From the IMG/VR virus record IMGVR_UViG_3300035665_000029: DNA of 63,603 nucleotides; one strand, 5' to 3'. The notes beneath the pieces are model-generated. The model was given only the letters and a program-made list of their open reading frames with translations, had not been told where the DNA came from and did no database searches. A program made the position numbers and the translations under genes. Position 1 is the stretch's first letter. Each line of letters opens with the position of its first letter. Of the stretch, positions 1-8,467 are shown piece after piece. Source of the stretch: a virus.

Positions 1-127
1 ATTGCCCTTAACGGGCCAACAACAAGTACCGTCTTAGACCCTGCAGGTGTTGTGGAGGTGTATAAACCTGCAGTCGTTATGCAAATCCCCTGCACATATG
101 ATGCGGAGTAGCGGCTACGGCTACGGC
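1..127. repeat. Window-end overlap: nt 1-127 are identical to nt 63477-63603 (circularisation overlap or terminal redundancy)
   Basis: Direct comparison of the first and last 127 nt. The same 127-mer also occurs at 62955-63081 inside the tandem array. Confidence 0.95.
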
Positions 128-415
128 AACGGCACCGGCAACGGCGACGGCTACGGCTACGGCGACGGCAACGGCAACGGCACCGGCAACGGCGACGGCG
201 ACGGCTACGGCAACGGCGACGGCTACGGCTACGGCTACGGCTACGGCAACGGCAACGGCAACGGCTACGGCGACGGCTACGGCAACGGCGACGGCAGAGG
301 CTACGGCAGAGGCAAAGAAAACCTATACACAACTAGGTTACTTATACCAGACGTAGACCCTGTGCTGTCTGTAGCTTATCAGTCGAGGTTAATGCATGAC
401 ATCGCAAGAGATTGA
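98..415 (+). CDS. Gly-X dipeptide-repeat protein, copy 5 (last of array, divergent C-terminus)
   Basis: ATGATG start (MMRSS) overlaps the end of the 79-aa gene that wraps from 63348-63587. Gly-X repeats are followed by KENLYTTRLLIPDVDPVL. The track ORF 47..415 is trimmed to the start shared with copy 1. Confidence 0.7.
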   Translation: MMRSSGYGYGNGTGNGDGYGYGDGNGNGTGNGDGDGYGNGDGYGYGYGYGNGNGNGYGDGYGNGDGRGYGRGKENLYTTRLLIPDVDPVLSVAYQSRLMHDIARD

Positions 416-608
416 CACAATATTACACATGTTAGGGTATAGGTACCACTATTCGTACCTGATACGTGCAGGTGAGTGCATACATAAAGAGCGCATATTT
501 TATGTGCAGGTCTCAGGCAAAAACACAACACAAACAAAGTACAAAACGTACTTAAAACTATTAGGAGAAATAAACCATGACAACAATCACATTAGCAGAA
601 GCATCTAA
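396..608 (+). CDS. Hypothetical 70-aa protein; small paralog family with 2780..3034 and 4959..5171
   Basis: Track ORF that overlaps both neighbours. Shares the N-terminal pattern S/T-x-E-E-I/L-x-x-I/L-L-x-x-M/V-G with two other ORFs. Confidence 0.5.
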   Translation: MTSQEIDTILHMLGYRYHYSYLIRAGECIHKERIFYVQVSGKNTTQTKYKTYLKLLGEINHDNNHISRSI

Positions 609-1626
609 CCTTATTGCGGCAGTAGGCGCACAACATACAGTACTCGTCCAAGGCGAGATGGGGTGTGGCAAATCCAGTATGCTCACCGAACTTAAACGTC
701 GGTATCCCGACCATCACCCTGCGTACTTCGACCTCACGACAAAGGCAGACATAGGTGATTTTATGACACCGTGGGTTACAGATGGTAAAGTCGACTTCAT
801 CCCCAACCCAGAGTTTGGTATAGATACAGGCAAGCCTATCTTGTTAATGTTGGACGAGATAGGTAAGAACAAGACTGTATTAAATGCCTGCTTACGTATC
901 ATGCAGGAACGTGTGATAGGTACACACAAACTACCTGAAGGTAGCATTGTATTCGCGACAACCAACCTTGCACAAGAAGGGTTAGGCGACAGTATGCCGC
1001 CTCATGCGAGAAATCGTATCGTCACGGTGCAGATCAGTAAACCTACTGCTGACGAGTGGATAGCGTGGGCGATGGGTAATGACGTCGAGCCAGTCGTGTT
1101 GGCAACAGTCAATGAGTTCCCTCAGATGCTATCTAGTTATACCGAGTACGACACACCGAACGCGAATCACTACATCAACGATCCACGCGCTCAACGTGCC
1201 GCGTTCGTAACCCCTCGCTCGCTATATGCGGCAAGTAACATCATCAAGCAAACACGACACTTACCTGAAACGGTATTGTTCGCCGCATTGTGCGGCACGA
1301 TAGGTGCACCAGCTGCATCCGATATGTTAGCAGTCTTACGCCTTGATGCTGAGTTACCCTCATGGAAAGAGATCATTGCCGACCCTAATACGGCCAAGGC
1401 ACCGACTAACGGTGCGGCGTTAGCAATGCTTATCTATCGTGCGATAGTGCGGGTTGATGCTGACTCATTCGACAACTGGCTTATCTACCTAGGTAGACTG
1501 AGCCGTGAGGCTCAAGCATTGTTCGCCCGTCAGATTATGACGCCATCATCAGGCAAGCTCAAGCTCGCCGCGACAAACAGAGAGATGGTCAAGCTCTGCA
1601 GTGAACTTAACTATTTATTCAAATAG
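577..1626 (+). CDS. AAA+ ATPase, MoxR/CobS-like
   Basis: Walker A GEMGCGKS, Walker B LLMLDEIG, sensor ATTN. RBS aggagaaataaacc lies before the ATG. Followed by a VWA partner gene. Confidence 0.8.
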   Translation: MTTITLAEASNLIAAVGAQHTVLVQGEMGCGKSSMLTELKRRYPDHHPAYFDLTTKADIGDFMTPWVTDGKVDFIPNPEFGIDTGKPILLMLDEIGKNKTVLNACLRIMQERVIGTHKLPEGSIVFATTNLAQEGLGDSMPPHARNRIVTVQISKPTADEWIAWAMGNDVEPVVLATVNEFPQMLSSYTEYDTPNANHYINDPRAQRAAFVTPRSLYAASNIIKQTRHLPETVLFAALCGTIGAPAASDMLAVLRLDAELPSWKEIIADPNTAKAPTNGAALAMLIYRAIVRVDADSFDNWLIYLGRLSREAQALFARQIMTPSSGKLKLAATNREMVKLCSELNYLFK

Positions 1627-1642
1627 TAGTGTAGACACTACG
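1625..1642 (+). promoter_or_regulatory. GTAGTG-taga-CACTAC hairpin/palindrome box (family member 1)
   Basis: Inverted repeat read directly from the sequence, between the ATPase stop and the VWA start. Confidence 0.5.
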
Positions 1643-1664
1643 TTAGCATCTATTGGAGAAACCA

Positions 1665-2783
1665 ATGAATAACTACACACCCAAGCAACGTATCGAGCGC
1701 ACACATGTGTGGCTCATGTCACAACCCGAGACAGCAGCATTTGCTGGACTGTTGATGGTAGGTAGAGTATCGCTATCAGACGAGGTACCCACTGCGGCAA
1801 CTGACGGACTTAACGTCATATACAACCCTGACTTCGTCACCAAGTTAACTGACCAAGAGCTACGAGGTCTCGTGCTGCACGAAGCCTTACATAAAGCATA
1901 TCGCCAAATCTGGTTATGGCGACACCTAGAGAACAAGCAGGTGCTCAACATGGCGATGGACTATGTCATCAACCTAGAGATTATTAGTATTCACCCAGAC
2001 GTAGCATTACCTGAGGGTGGGTGTATAGACAAACAATATCAAGGTATGGACACCTATCAGGTATACCAAAAGCTAATGCAGGAAGGCACTGGTACCGGCT
2101 CTTCATTTGATGAGCACGATTTTGAGGGGGCGCAGGATATGGATGGCCAAGCGCTTGAACGCGAGATTGATGCGGCCATACGTCAAGGTCAGATACTGGC
2201 AGGCAAAATCAAAGGTAACATACCGAGATCATTCACTGACATCACCGAGCCTAAGATTGACTGGAAGCAGGTCTTGCAGGATTTTATCCATACTGTTGTG
2301 CAGGGTAAAGATTACGCCACATGGCGTAAACCAAACCGACGCTACCTAGCGCAGGGTCTCTATATGCCGTCAACGATGGCCGAGTCGGTCGGTGAGTTGG
2401 TCATTGGTATAGATACATCAGGTAGTATTGACGACGCTACGCTATCACGGTTCCTTAGCGAGCTGGTGGGTATCGTCAAGACATCACCACCTGAGCGTGT
2501 CCATTTGTTGTGGTGGGACACTATCGTGCAGAAGCACGACATCTTTATGCCTGACGAGTACGACAACATGATAGCTAAACTAAAACCTGCGGGTGGTGGC
2601 GGCACAAGTGTTACATGCGTAACGGAATACATCAAACAGCAGCAACTTAATCCTGTTGCAGTCATCAACTTCACTGACGGTTATCTGTATGACGGTTTTG
2701 GTCAATGGTCATGTCCTGTGTTGTGGGCGATAGTTGACAACAAGAGCTGTGTTCCACCGGTAGGTGTGACGGTGTATATATGA
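1665..2783 (+). CDS. VWA-domain protein with N-terminal HExxH metallopeptidase-like domain (CobT/DUF2201-like partner of the MoxR ATPase)
   Basis: HEALH motif, MIDAS-like IGIDTSGSI, RBS GGAGAAACC 1 nt before ATG 1665. The track start at 1653 is TTG. Confidence 0.8.
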   Translation: MNNYTPKQRIERTHVWLMSQPETAAFAGLLMVGRVSLSDEVPTAATDGLNVIYNPDFVTKLTDQELRGLVLHEALHKAYRQIWLWRHLENKQVLNMAMDYVINLEIISIHPDVALPEGGCIDKQYQGMDTYQVYQKLMQEGTGTGSSFDEHDFEGAQDMDGQALEREIDAAIRQGQILAGKIKGNIPRSFTDITEPKIDWKQVLQDFIHTVVQGKDYATWRKPNRRYLAQGLYMPSTMAESVGELVIGIDTSGSIDDATLSRFLSELVGIVKTSPPERVHLLWWDTIVQKHDIFMPDEYDNMIAKLKPAGGGGTSVTCVTEYIKQQQLNPVAVINFTDGYLYDGFGQWSCPVLWAIVDNKSCVPPVGVTVYI

Positions 2784-3034
2784 GATCCATAGAGGAGATT
2801 GAAGCGATATTAACGGTGATGGGCGTAAATATGTTCTACGTCCAGAGTACGACAACTGGGTTGTGGTGGGCGCAGGTAGATGAGCGTAGAACCTCATGGA
2901 TGGATATATACACAGGCACAACACCGCTATATACATTAAAAGAGGGGGAAACTAATAGTTACCACGGCATACACAAAACCAAACAAGAAGCCTGTAATGC
3001 AGCATTAGATAATTTCATAGGAAAAACCAAATGA
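2780..3034 (+). CDS. Hypothetical 84-aa protein (paralog family with 396..608 and 4959..5171)
   Basis: ATGA overlap with the upstream gene and shared motifs SIEEIEAILTVMGV / FYVQ. Confidence 0.55.
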   Translation: MRSIEEIEAILTVMGVNMFYVQSTTTGLWWAQVDERRTSWMDIYTGTTPLYTLKEGETNSYHGIHKTKQEACNAALDNFIGKTK

Positions 3035-3795
3035 TAAGACACTTCAACAAAGCAAGAGATTTATACAACGCAATCAAACCAATCCGAGGTAATGCTGATG
3101 ACATCAGACCGTTAAAGATGCGTGAGCATACCCGACGGATAGTTAAACTCAACGACGACGCGTATTCTTACGTGCTGTATTCCACACGAGTTGTGACGTG
3201 CCTATCTGATGGAACGATTGAGTTACATTTAGGTGGGTGGAACACACCCACAACACGGGAATTTATTAACGATTACACACCGCTTAGGGTATATATGCGC
3301 AACGGTATATTGTGTGTATATAACGTGTATAGGGACGGTGAACACTACACATCACTACCTATTGATCCAGGCCAAACCACATTCTTCCGTGTAGATGATA
3401 TGGGCAAGGTGCACCTAGTAGGTAAAGTTGTAGCGTACAAAATGCAGGTTAACCGTGAGCGTAGTAAGAAAGTACGTGAACTCATCAAACCATTCTTAGA
3501 TTACTGTGACAGCCTGTTGACTATTATGGACTGGGTTGTAAGTTATGACGAGATAAAAAAGAACACCGCATGGCAGATAGACTACGACCAAATGGAGGAA
3601 GATAACTATTATCAATATATGCTGTGTGTGGTTATGTGGTGTGGAGAGTTTATATCTGTTGGGTCTAAGCACGTAACCAAAGAAAAGCTAAACACTGCTG
3701 TACGTAACGATGCATACAAACGCCTCAATGTATATGACACGGTCGAGTGTGCCCTTAATGCATCAACTATCGTAAAAATAGAATACATCAAGTAA
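3031..3795 (+). CDS. Hypothetical protein (254 aa)
   Basis: Track ORF with ATGA overlap to the upstream gene. Confidence 0.6.
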   Translation: MIRHFNKARDLYNAIKPIRGNADDIRPLKMREHTRRIVKLNDDAYSYVLYSTRVVTCLSDGTIELHLGGWNTPTTREFINDYTPLRVYMRNGILCVYNVYRDGEHYTSLPIDPGQTTFFRVDDMGKVHLVGKVVAYKMQVNRERSKKVRELIKPFLDYCDSLLTIMDWVVSYDEIKKNTAWQIDYDQMEEDNYYQYMLCVVMWCGEFISVGSKHVTKEKLNTAVRNDAYKRLNVYDTVECALNASTIVKIEYIK

Positions 3796-3805
3796 GGAGA
3801 AACCT

Positions 3806-4669
3806 ATGAACAACATATCACTATCATCATCTGCATTACTAGTAACCTTGTCGTTGTCAGCATATAGCGGCAACAAGCTCGACCGGTCTGTATCTGACGA
3901 GATCGACCACAGCAAGAATACCCAGACCCGTGCAGGTAAGTACACCAAGTCATTGTTTGCCGATGAGCAGACGCTCAAAGCTATCGGGCAGCACGACAGT
4001 GAAACACGGCAGATACATAAACAATATACATTACCTTGGGCATATTCAGGCGTTGCACTATTACCTATGGGCAATTACATGACCTACTTAAATATGATGG
4101 GTCAGCGAGAGAAGGAACGCGAGGCCCTAGTATCTGCCTTCCTCACCAACTACAGCACTATCATCGGTGCGCAGGCGTTCAAGCTGGGCGATTTGTTTGA
4201 TAAGGACGATTACCCAAGTGAGACTGAAGTAGCCACACGCTTCAAGTTCAACCTCCAGTTCAGCCCATTACCAGAGAGCGGTGACTTCCGTGTCGATATA
4301 GGTAACGAAGGACTAAACGAACTGCGGTCTAAGTACGACACACAACTGCAATCTGCTGTGAGTGTAGCCATGTCAGATCTGTCTGAACGGTTCAAAACAA
4401 TCTTAACCCGTATGGTCACACAGCTACGTGAGGTGCCTGAAGGGGAGAAACGGCCACGTATCTACGAGTCGTTATTAGGTAATGCACGTGATTTAATCGA
4501 ACTTATGCCGGCTATGAATATAGCTAACGACACACAGCTGGAGTATGCGAGACAGCAACTACTCGATGTCATCGACGGCGTGGAAACCGAAGACCTAAAA
4601 GATGACGACCTTATGCGTCGTAGGGTTCGTGAGGCGGCAAGTGACATCTTAGACAAATGGGATTTCTAA
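3806..4669 (+). CDS. Hypothetical protein (287 aa)
   Basis: Track ORF with RBS aaggagaaacc before the ATG. Confidence 0.65.
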   Translation: MNNISLSSSALLVTLSLSAYSGNKLDRSVSDEIDHSKNTQTRAGKYTKSLFADEQTLKAIGQHDSETRQIHKQYTLPWAYSGVALLPMGNYMTYLNMMGQREKEREALVSAFLTNYSTIIGAQAFKLGDLFDKDDYPSETEVATRFKFNLQFSPLPESGDFRVDIGNEGLNELRSKYDTQLQSAVSVAMSDLSERFKTILTRMVTQLREVPEGEKRPRIYESLLGNARDLIELMPAMNIANDTQLEYARQQLLDVIDGVETEDLKDDDLMRRRVREAASDILDKWDF

Positions 4670-4962
4670 TGGACGATAAACAGATACAAGATCGCTTTAT
4701 AGACTACATACATAGTATGTATGCCCACATCAAACATGCTTATGGTAACCCACCGATAATCGTGAACTTCAGTAGTCAACTACGTGACGCCGTCCATGAC
4801 GGCGTTCCACCTAAAGATATAGGTGATGAGTGGTTTCACATCGCGTTGGGTGTGTTTATCCGTTGTTGTAGTTGGGATACAAACGACGTAACTAAGCGTC
4901 TACACCCATCACCCGAACAGATGGAGCAGTACGTATTAGATAACTGGAGTGAACGTATATGA
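4669..4962 (+). CDS. Hypothetical protein (about 97 aa)
   Basis: TAATG overlap at 4669. The track ORF begins at 4657. Confidence 0.5.
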   Translation: MDDKQIQDRFIDYIHSMYAHIKHAYGNPPIIVNFSSQLRDAVHDGVPPKDIGDEWFHIALGVFIRCCSWDTNDVTKRLHPSPEQMEQYVLDNWSERI

Positions 4963-5171
4963 CACACACAGAAGAAGAACTCGAAGCATTAGCCGATGTT
5001 GCAGGTGTGCAATGGAAAACTGAGATAAGCTCAGCTGATGTACCGATATCAAACAGGTGGTATGTGTGGTTAGGGAATCACACAACGCTGTCGTATGGAG
5101 GAACAAGACAAGAAGCTATGAACCACTACTGGAACCGGTATATCAACGGTGAAGTTACTCCTTATAAGTGA
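4959..5171 (+). CDS. Hypothetical 70-aa protein (paralog family with 396..608 and 2780..3034)
   Basis: ATGA overlap; TEEELEALADVAGV and WYVW motifs. Confidence 0.55.
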   Translation: MTHTEEELEALADVAGVQWKTEISSADVPISNRWYVWLGNHTTLSYGGTRQEAMNHYWNRYINGEVTPYK

Positions 5172-5250
5172 CACCTAAATAAAACCATGATACCCTTGAG
5201 CCATCGTCAATTTAATTGACTGTACTAGGAGGTATAGATGGAGATTAGAT

Positions 5251-5664
5251 ATGAACAAACTACCTTTAATACTATTATTAGTATGCGGTTCAGTATCAGC
5301 TAATGAAGTTGAGTGTCTCGCTAAAACAATCTATGCAGAATCGAGAGGTGAGCAGATGATTGGACAGATAGCTGTAGGGTACACCGTGATAAACCGAAAG
5401 AAGCAGACAGGTAAAACTGTCTGCCACATAGTAAGCGCTGGGTATACTCAGCGCTGGATACCCGCTAATGATAGAGAAGAATTCGTTAAGATTAGTAAGC
5501 TGATCTTAACTGGGAAAATAGCCTCACCAATTGGTGATAGAGATAGCTTCGATGCGTATAGTCGACGCCCGCTGTGGGCTAGACATATAAAAAAGCCTGT
5601 GCGCATCGGCAACCATACATTTTATAGGAGCGACTATGGCAACAAGAAACATGACAACCATTAA
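5251..5664 (+). CDS. Cell-wall hydrolase, SleB/Hydrolase_2-like, with N-terminal signal peptide
   Basis: MNKLPLILLLVCGSVSA leader followed by the AKTIYAESRGE motif typical of the SleB family. Confidence 0.7.
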   Translation: MNKLPLILLLVCGSVSANEVECLAKTIYAESRGEQMIGQIAVGYTVINRKKQTGKTVCHIVSAGYTQRWIPANDREEFVKISKLILTGKIASPIGDRDSFDAYSRRPLWARHIKKPVRIGNHTFYRSDYGNKKHDNH

Positions 5665-5893
5665 AGAACTTAATACAGACGATGCCTCGTATCAAATATA
5701 CGACCGTAACGGGAGGGTATTCATCAGTGAACTGCAGGGTAAAGTATTACGTCGATTAAATGTCCCTAAACACGTAGCATCATTATTGATAGCTTACCCA
5801 TCACCGAGTACAATCATTGACCGATGTAAACTACTACTCGACGAGGCGCAGAAACAAGGCTCGTCTGATTTCTATTTGGTGAAAACGACATGA
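5636..5893 (+). CDS. Hypothetical protein (85 aa)
   Basis: Track ORF in the same operon. Confidence 0.5.
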   Translation: MATRNMTTIKELNTDDASYQIYDRNGRVFISELQGKVLRRLNVPKHVASLLIAYPSPSTIIDRCKLLLDEAQKQGSSDFYLVKTT

Positions 5894-6063
5894 CGAAACA
5901 AGAAGCAATTGAACTTAGGTGCGACTACTTAAAGAAACAGGGTGTGTGTTCAGAGGATGCACACCTCTTAGCTGAAATACAGATAACACATGAAGGTACA
6001 TACGATGACAATGCAACAAGAAATGATACAGAGTCTGAGAGAATTAGCAGGGAGACTGCATGA
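5890..6063 (+). CDS. Hypothetical small protein (57 aa, below the track cutoff)
   Basis: ATGA overlap with the 5636..5893 stop; translated by hand. Confidence 0.35.
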   Translation: MTKQEAIELRCDYLKKQGVCSEDAHLLAEIQITHEGTYDDNATRNDTESERISRETA

Positions 6064-6175
6064 TAAAGACGCCAACACCGATGCAGTATTAGTCTTACGT
6101 ACGATGGATGAGTTGGAGAGACTAAGCAAACTGTACTACCCACCGGAGTCATGTTTACCTAAGCGGGGTGGGTAA
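5990..6175 (+). CDS. Hypothetical small protein (start uncertain: 5990, 6005 or 6011)
   Basis: Track ORF; its stop overlaps the VRR-NUC start (TAATG). Confidence 0.45.
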   Translation: MKVHTMTMQQEMIQSLRELAGRLHDKDANTDAVLVLRTMDELERLSKLYYPPESCLPKRGG

Positions 6176-6465
6176 TGGCTAAAACACCTGAGGGGTTAGT
6201 GAAGAAACAAATCATGCAGATACTCGCTGAACATAGCGCATATTATGTAACACCCATGAGCTTCGGCTTTGGTAACAGCGGGGTTCCAGACGTGATCGCT
6301 GTTGTTAAAGGGCGGTTCATTGGTATAGAGGCGAAGGCTGGTAAGAACAAACCGACTGCATTGCAGTTGAAAAACCTTAAAGCTATACAAGAGTCCGGTG
6401 GTATAGCACTTGTCATTAACGAACATAATATAGATGAACTTAAAACAGCATTGGAGGGGTTATGA
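6175..6465 (+). CDS. VRR-NUC domain nuclease
   Basis: GVPDVIAV ... GIEAKAGKNKPTALQ pattern (PD-(D/E)XK core of VRR-NUC). Confidence 0.75.
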   Translation: MAKTPEGLVKKQIMQILAEHSAYYVTPMSFGFGNSGVPDVIAVVKGRFIGIEAKAGKNKPTALQLKNLKAIQESGGIALVINEHNIDELKTALEGL

Positions 6466-7040
6466 AGGTTACATTAGAACAATACACAGACCCATCTAAC
6501 TTGGGTCGTATGGCAGGAATATGTTACGGGAGAGAAGGAAATGATGATGCTAGACTGGCTCATATTATTAGTGTCGGACATCTTAGTGTTTTACGCTTTG
6601 GTCATGTCGTATTTAAAGTTGAAGGCATTAGTAGAGTATGCCTCGCTCAACTTACTCGTAGTAAGCATCTTGATTATCTTGTACGATCTAGTCGCTATTG
6701 CGATGAATCTGATGCGGAATTCATAAGACCGCCGGGGTTTGATAAGTTAAATGGTGATGTGAAAGACTCTATTATTTTGTTTGAACAAGAAGCCAGAGAG
6801 TTGTACAACGAATTACGCGGTGCTGGCATGTCTAAACAAGATGCTCGGTTCTGGTTACCCCAAGCCCAAGCAACTGAGTTATATGTTGCTGGCAATTATC
6901 AAGCGTTTAAAGACTTTATCGCGCTTAGGAATACCAAACACGCACAGAAAGAAGTGCGTGATGTAGCCGCAGAGATTGAGCGACAACTGCAAGAGATTGC
7001 ACCTGTGATCTATGGAGAAAAAATACAAGACATCGTGTAA
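6462..7040 (+). CDS. thyX: FAD-dependent thymidylate synthase ThyX (short, divergent signature)
   Basis: QLTRSKHLDYLVRSSRY aligns to the ThyX RHRxxxxxxxS..RY signature. The C-terminal ARFWLP...ALRNTKHAQKEVRDVA is ThyX-like. Confidence 0.65.
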   Translation: MKVTLEQYTDPSNLGRMAGICYGREGNDDARLAHIISVGHLSVLRFGHVVFKVEGISRVCLAQLTRSKHLDYLVRSSRYCDESDAEFIRPPGFDKLNGDVKDSIILFEQEARELYNELRGAGMSKQDARFWLPQAQATELYVAGNYQAFKDFIALRNTKHAQKEVRDVAAEIERQLQEIAPVIYGEKIQDIV

Positions 7041-7188
7041 ATGGTGCGGTAAAATTATTGAAACGAACTTTCCTACTAAGCTGTATCACGATGAATGTAG
7101 GCGAAGGTATACGGCCTACCGTGTTAACGGTTTGAAAGAAGAGAAAGCTCACATAGAACGATTGACTATGTTGTTACCACCCGATTAG
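7012..7188 (+). CDS. Small zinc-ribbon-like protein (58 aa, below the track cutoff)
   Basis: Hand translation: MEKKYKTSCKWCGK...LYHDECRRRY (CxxC...HxxC). Overlaps the thyX 3' end. Confidence 0.35.
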   Translation: MEKKYKTSCKWCGKIIETNFPTKLYHDECRRRYTAYRVNGLKEEKAHIERLTMLLPPD

Positions 7189-7781
7189 CAGTGATTGGGG
7201 TTATAAAAACTGCGAGTACGGAGTCATCCAAGTTTACATAGTGCTCTTGCTCCGGGGGTTTTCGTACCCCTTGATGACGGTCGTACTTACGAGTTAATTT
7301 GTCACAGAATTAATTGCTGGATAACGTAACCAGCACCATCAAGTGATTGGTATTGGATAGGGATTAACGGCTTTGCGCCAGCCTAACACCTACGGCGACA
7401 GTACCAATCACTTGATGGTGAACGATGTGGCTCGACTACTGGGATTCTATTTAGTAACCATCAGATTGTTAGCACTCTTGAGCAGTAAAAACAACGTCAC
7501 GCAGTCCTCATCCTGCGAGTTAAAAGGTGAGCAGTAAAGACCCTATGGGCAAAAGTTGGCGTTTGATTATGTTGGTTTAGCAATTCCGAGCATAATCACA
7601 TCCGCGCTGGCGATGTTAAAGGCCAGCACTATGAAGGAATACCACTGCCTGTAACACATAGGTGCTGCCGCATAGGCAGCTTAGAAATGTAACAGAAGGA
7701 CAGGTCGGAGTGCGGAAACGTGGTCGTAGTGGTATTCACTTGATAGTTTCTAAATAACGTCACTTTGAGTGACTGGGGAGT
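7189..7781 (+). ncRNA. ORF-free, stem-rich island; candidate large structured RNA or regulatory/origin region
   Basis: No ORF of 60 aa or more on either strand in an otherwise overlapping-gene genome. Perfect 19-bp inverted repeat at 7334-7352 / 7402-7420, plus many shorter nested hairpins. Confidence 0.3.
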
Positions 7782-7904
7782 ATGATGAGTAAGAATGTAT
7801 TGAATGGTCTACTCGTGCTGTTCTGGGCTATAGCTATGCTTGGAATTTACATGGTAGATGAGTGGATAGATAACTTACCTAGTATTGAACGGAGAATTAA
7901 ATGA
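7782..7904 (+). CDS. Small membrane peptide (40 aa)
   Basis: RBS ggggag before the ATG; hydrophobic LLVLFWAIAMLGIY segment; hand-translated. Confidence 0.45.
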   Translation: MMSKNVLNGLLVLFWAIAMLGIYMVDEWIDNLPSIERRIK

Positions 7905-8050
7905 TTTACGTGTTGATTTTGGTTATTGCGGGACACGCTGTACATACCCAAGAATTTAATAGTCAAGCAAGCTGTGAGGAAGCAGCAAGGATTTACACCG
8001 ATGCGTACCTTATTCGATGGGATTATAAAGCCCTGTGTGTCAAAAAATGA
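7901..8050 (+). CDS. Small protein with N-terminal hydrophobic segment (49 aa)
   Basis: ATGA overlaps at both ends; hand-translated. Confidence 0.45.
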   Translation: MIYVLILVIAGHAVHTQEFNSQASCEEAARIYTDAYLIRWDYKALCVKK

Positions 8051-8337
8051 AGCCGGAAGAAATGGACTACCACGATCTTAAAGTCTACGTTCATAACTTA
8101 AACAAGTTGTTGGCTGTGAAGGCGGAAGAGTATTGGCGAAACGCTGGGTATGAAACTATTGATCTTGGGTATGTGTCGCTCGATGACTATGAGCCTTTAA
8201 CGGATGATGAGATTAAGACTATTGTTCAAGCGGTGGCACTTCAATTTGTAACGTCTGAAGATTACGATTTGGTAATGGCTGTTGAGAAAGTGGTATTGGA
8301 GAAACTAAAAAATGAACCCAAAAAACATATGCCCTAA
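8047..8337 (+). CDS. Hypothetical acidic protein (96 aa)
   Basis: ATG at 8047 overlaps the upstream stop (ATGA). The track ORF begins at 8035 on a non-ATG codon. Confidence 0.55.
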   Translation: MKPEEMDYHDLKVYVHNLNKLLAVKAEEYWRNAGYETIDLGYVSLDDYEPLTDDEIKTIVQAVALQFVTSEDYDLVMAVEKVVLEKLKNEPKKHMP

Positions 8338-8458
8338 ATGCAAGGTCGGAATGGGTTTGTTTTATTCTTTGAGAATGAAGTGGTGCATCGACTGTGGCAC
8401 GAAGTACCCGTGGGAGCTGGACGAAGGACAGAAACCGTTAATTAAACATCAGAGGTAG
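8312..8458 (+). CDS. Small zinc-ribbon protein (48 aa)
   Basis: RBS GGAGAAAC upstream; CPKC...CIDC motifs; hand-translated. Confidence 0.5.
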   Translation: MNPKNICPKCKVGMGLFYSLRMKWCIDCGTKYPWELDEGQKPLIKHQR

Positions 8459-8467
8459 GAGAGAACG

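Noticed and set aside
7041-7781. Group I intron interrupting thyX
   Set aside because: ThyX appears complete, ending with a normal C-terminal region at 7040. No downstream exon-like ThyX sequence is visible, and a small Zn-ribbon ORF overlaps its end. An ORF-less intron in another context cannot be excluded without a covariance-model scan.
7189-7781. tRNA or tmRNA genes in the large intergenic regions (also 58121-58700)
   Set aside because: No cloverleaf-compatible sequence and no GTTCGAATC-like T-arm were seen by eye. A tRNAscan or ARAGORN run would be the decisive check.
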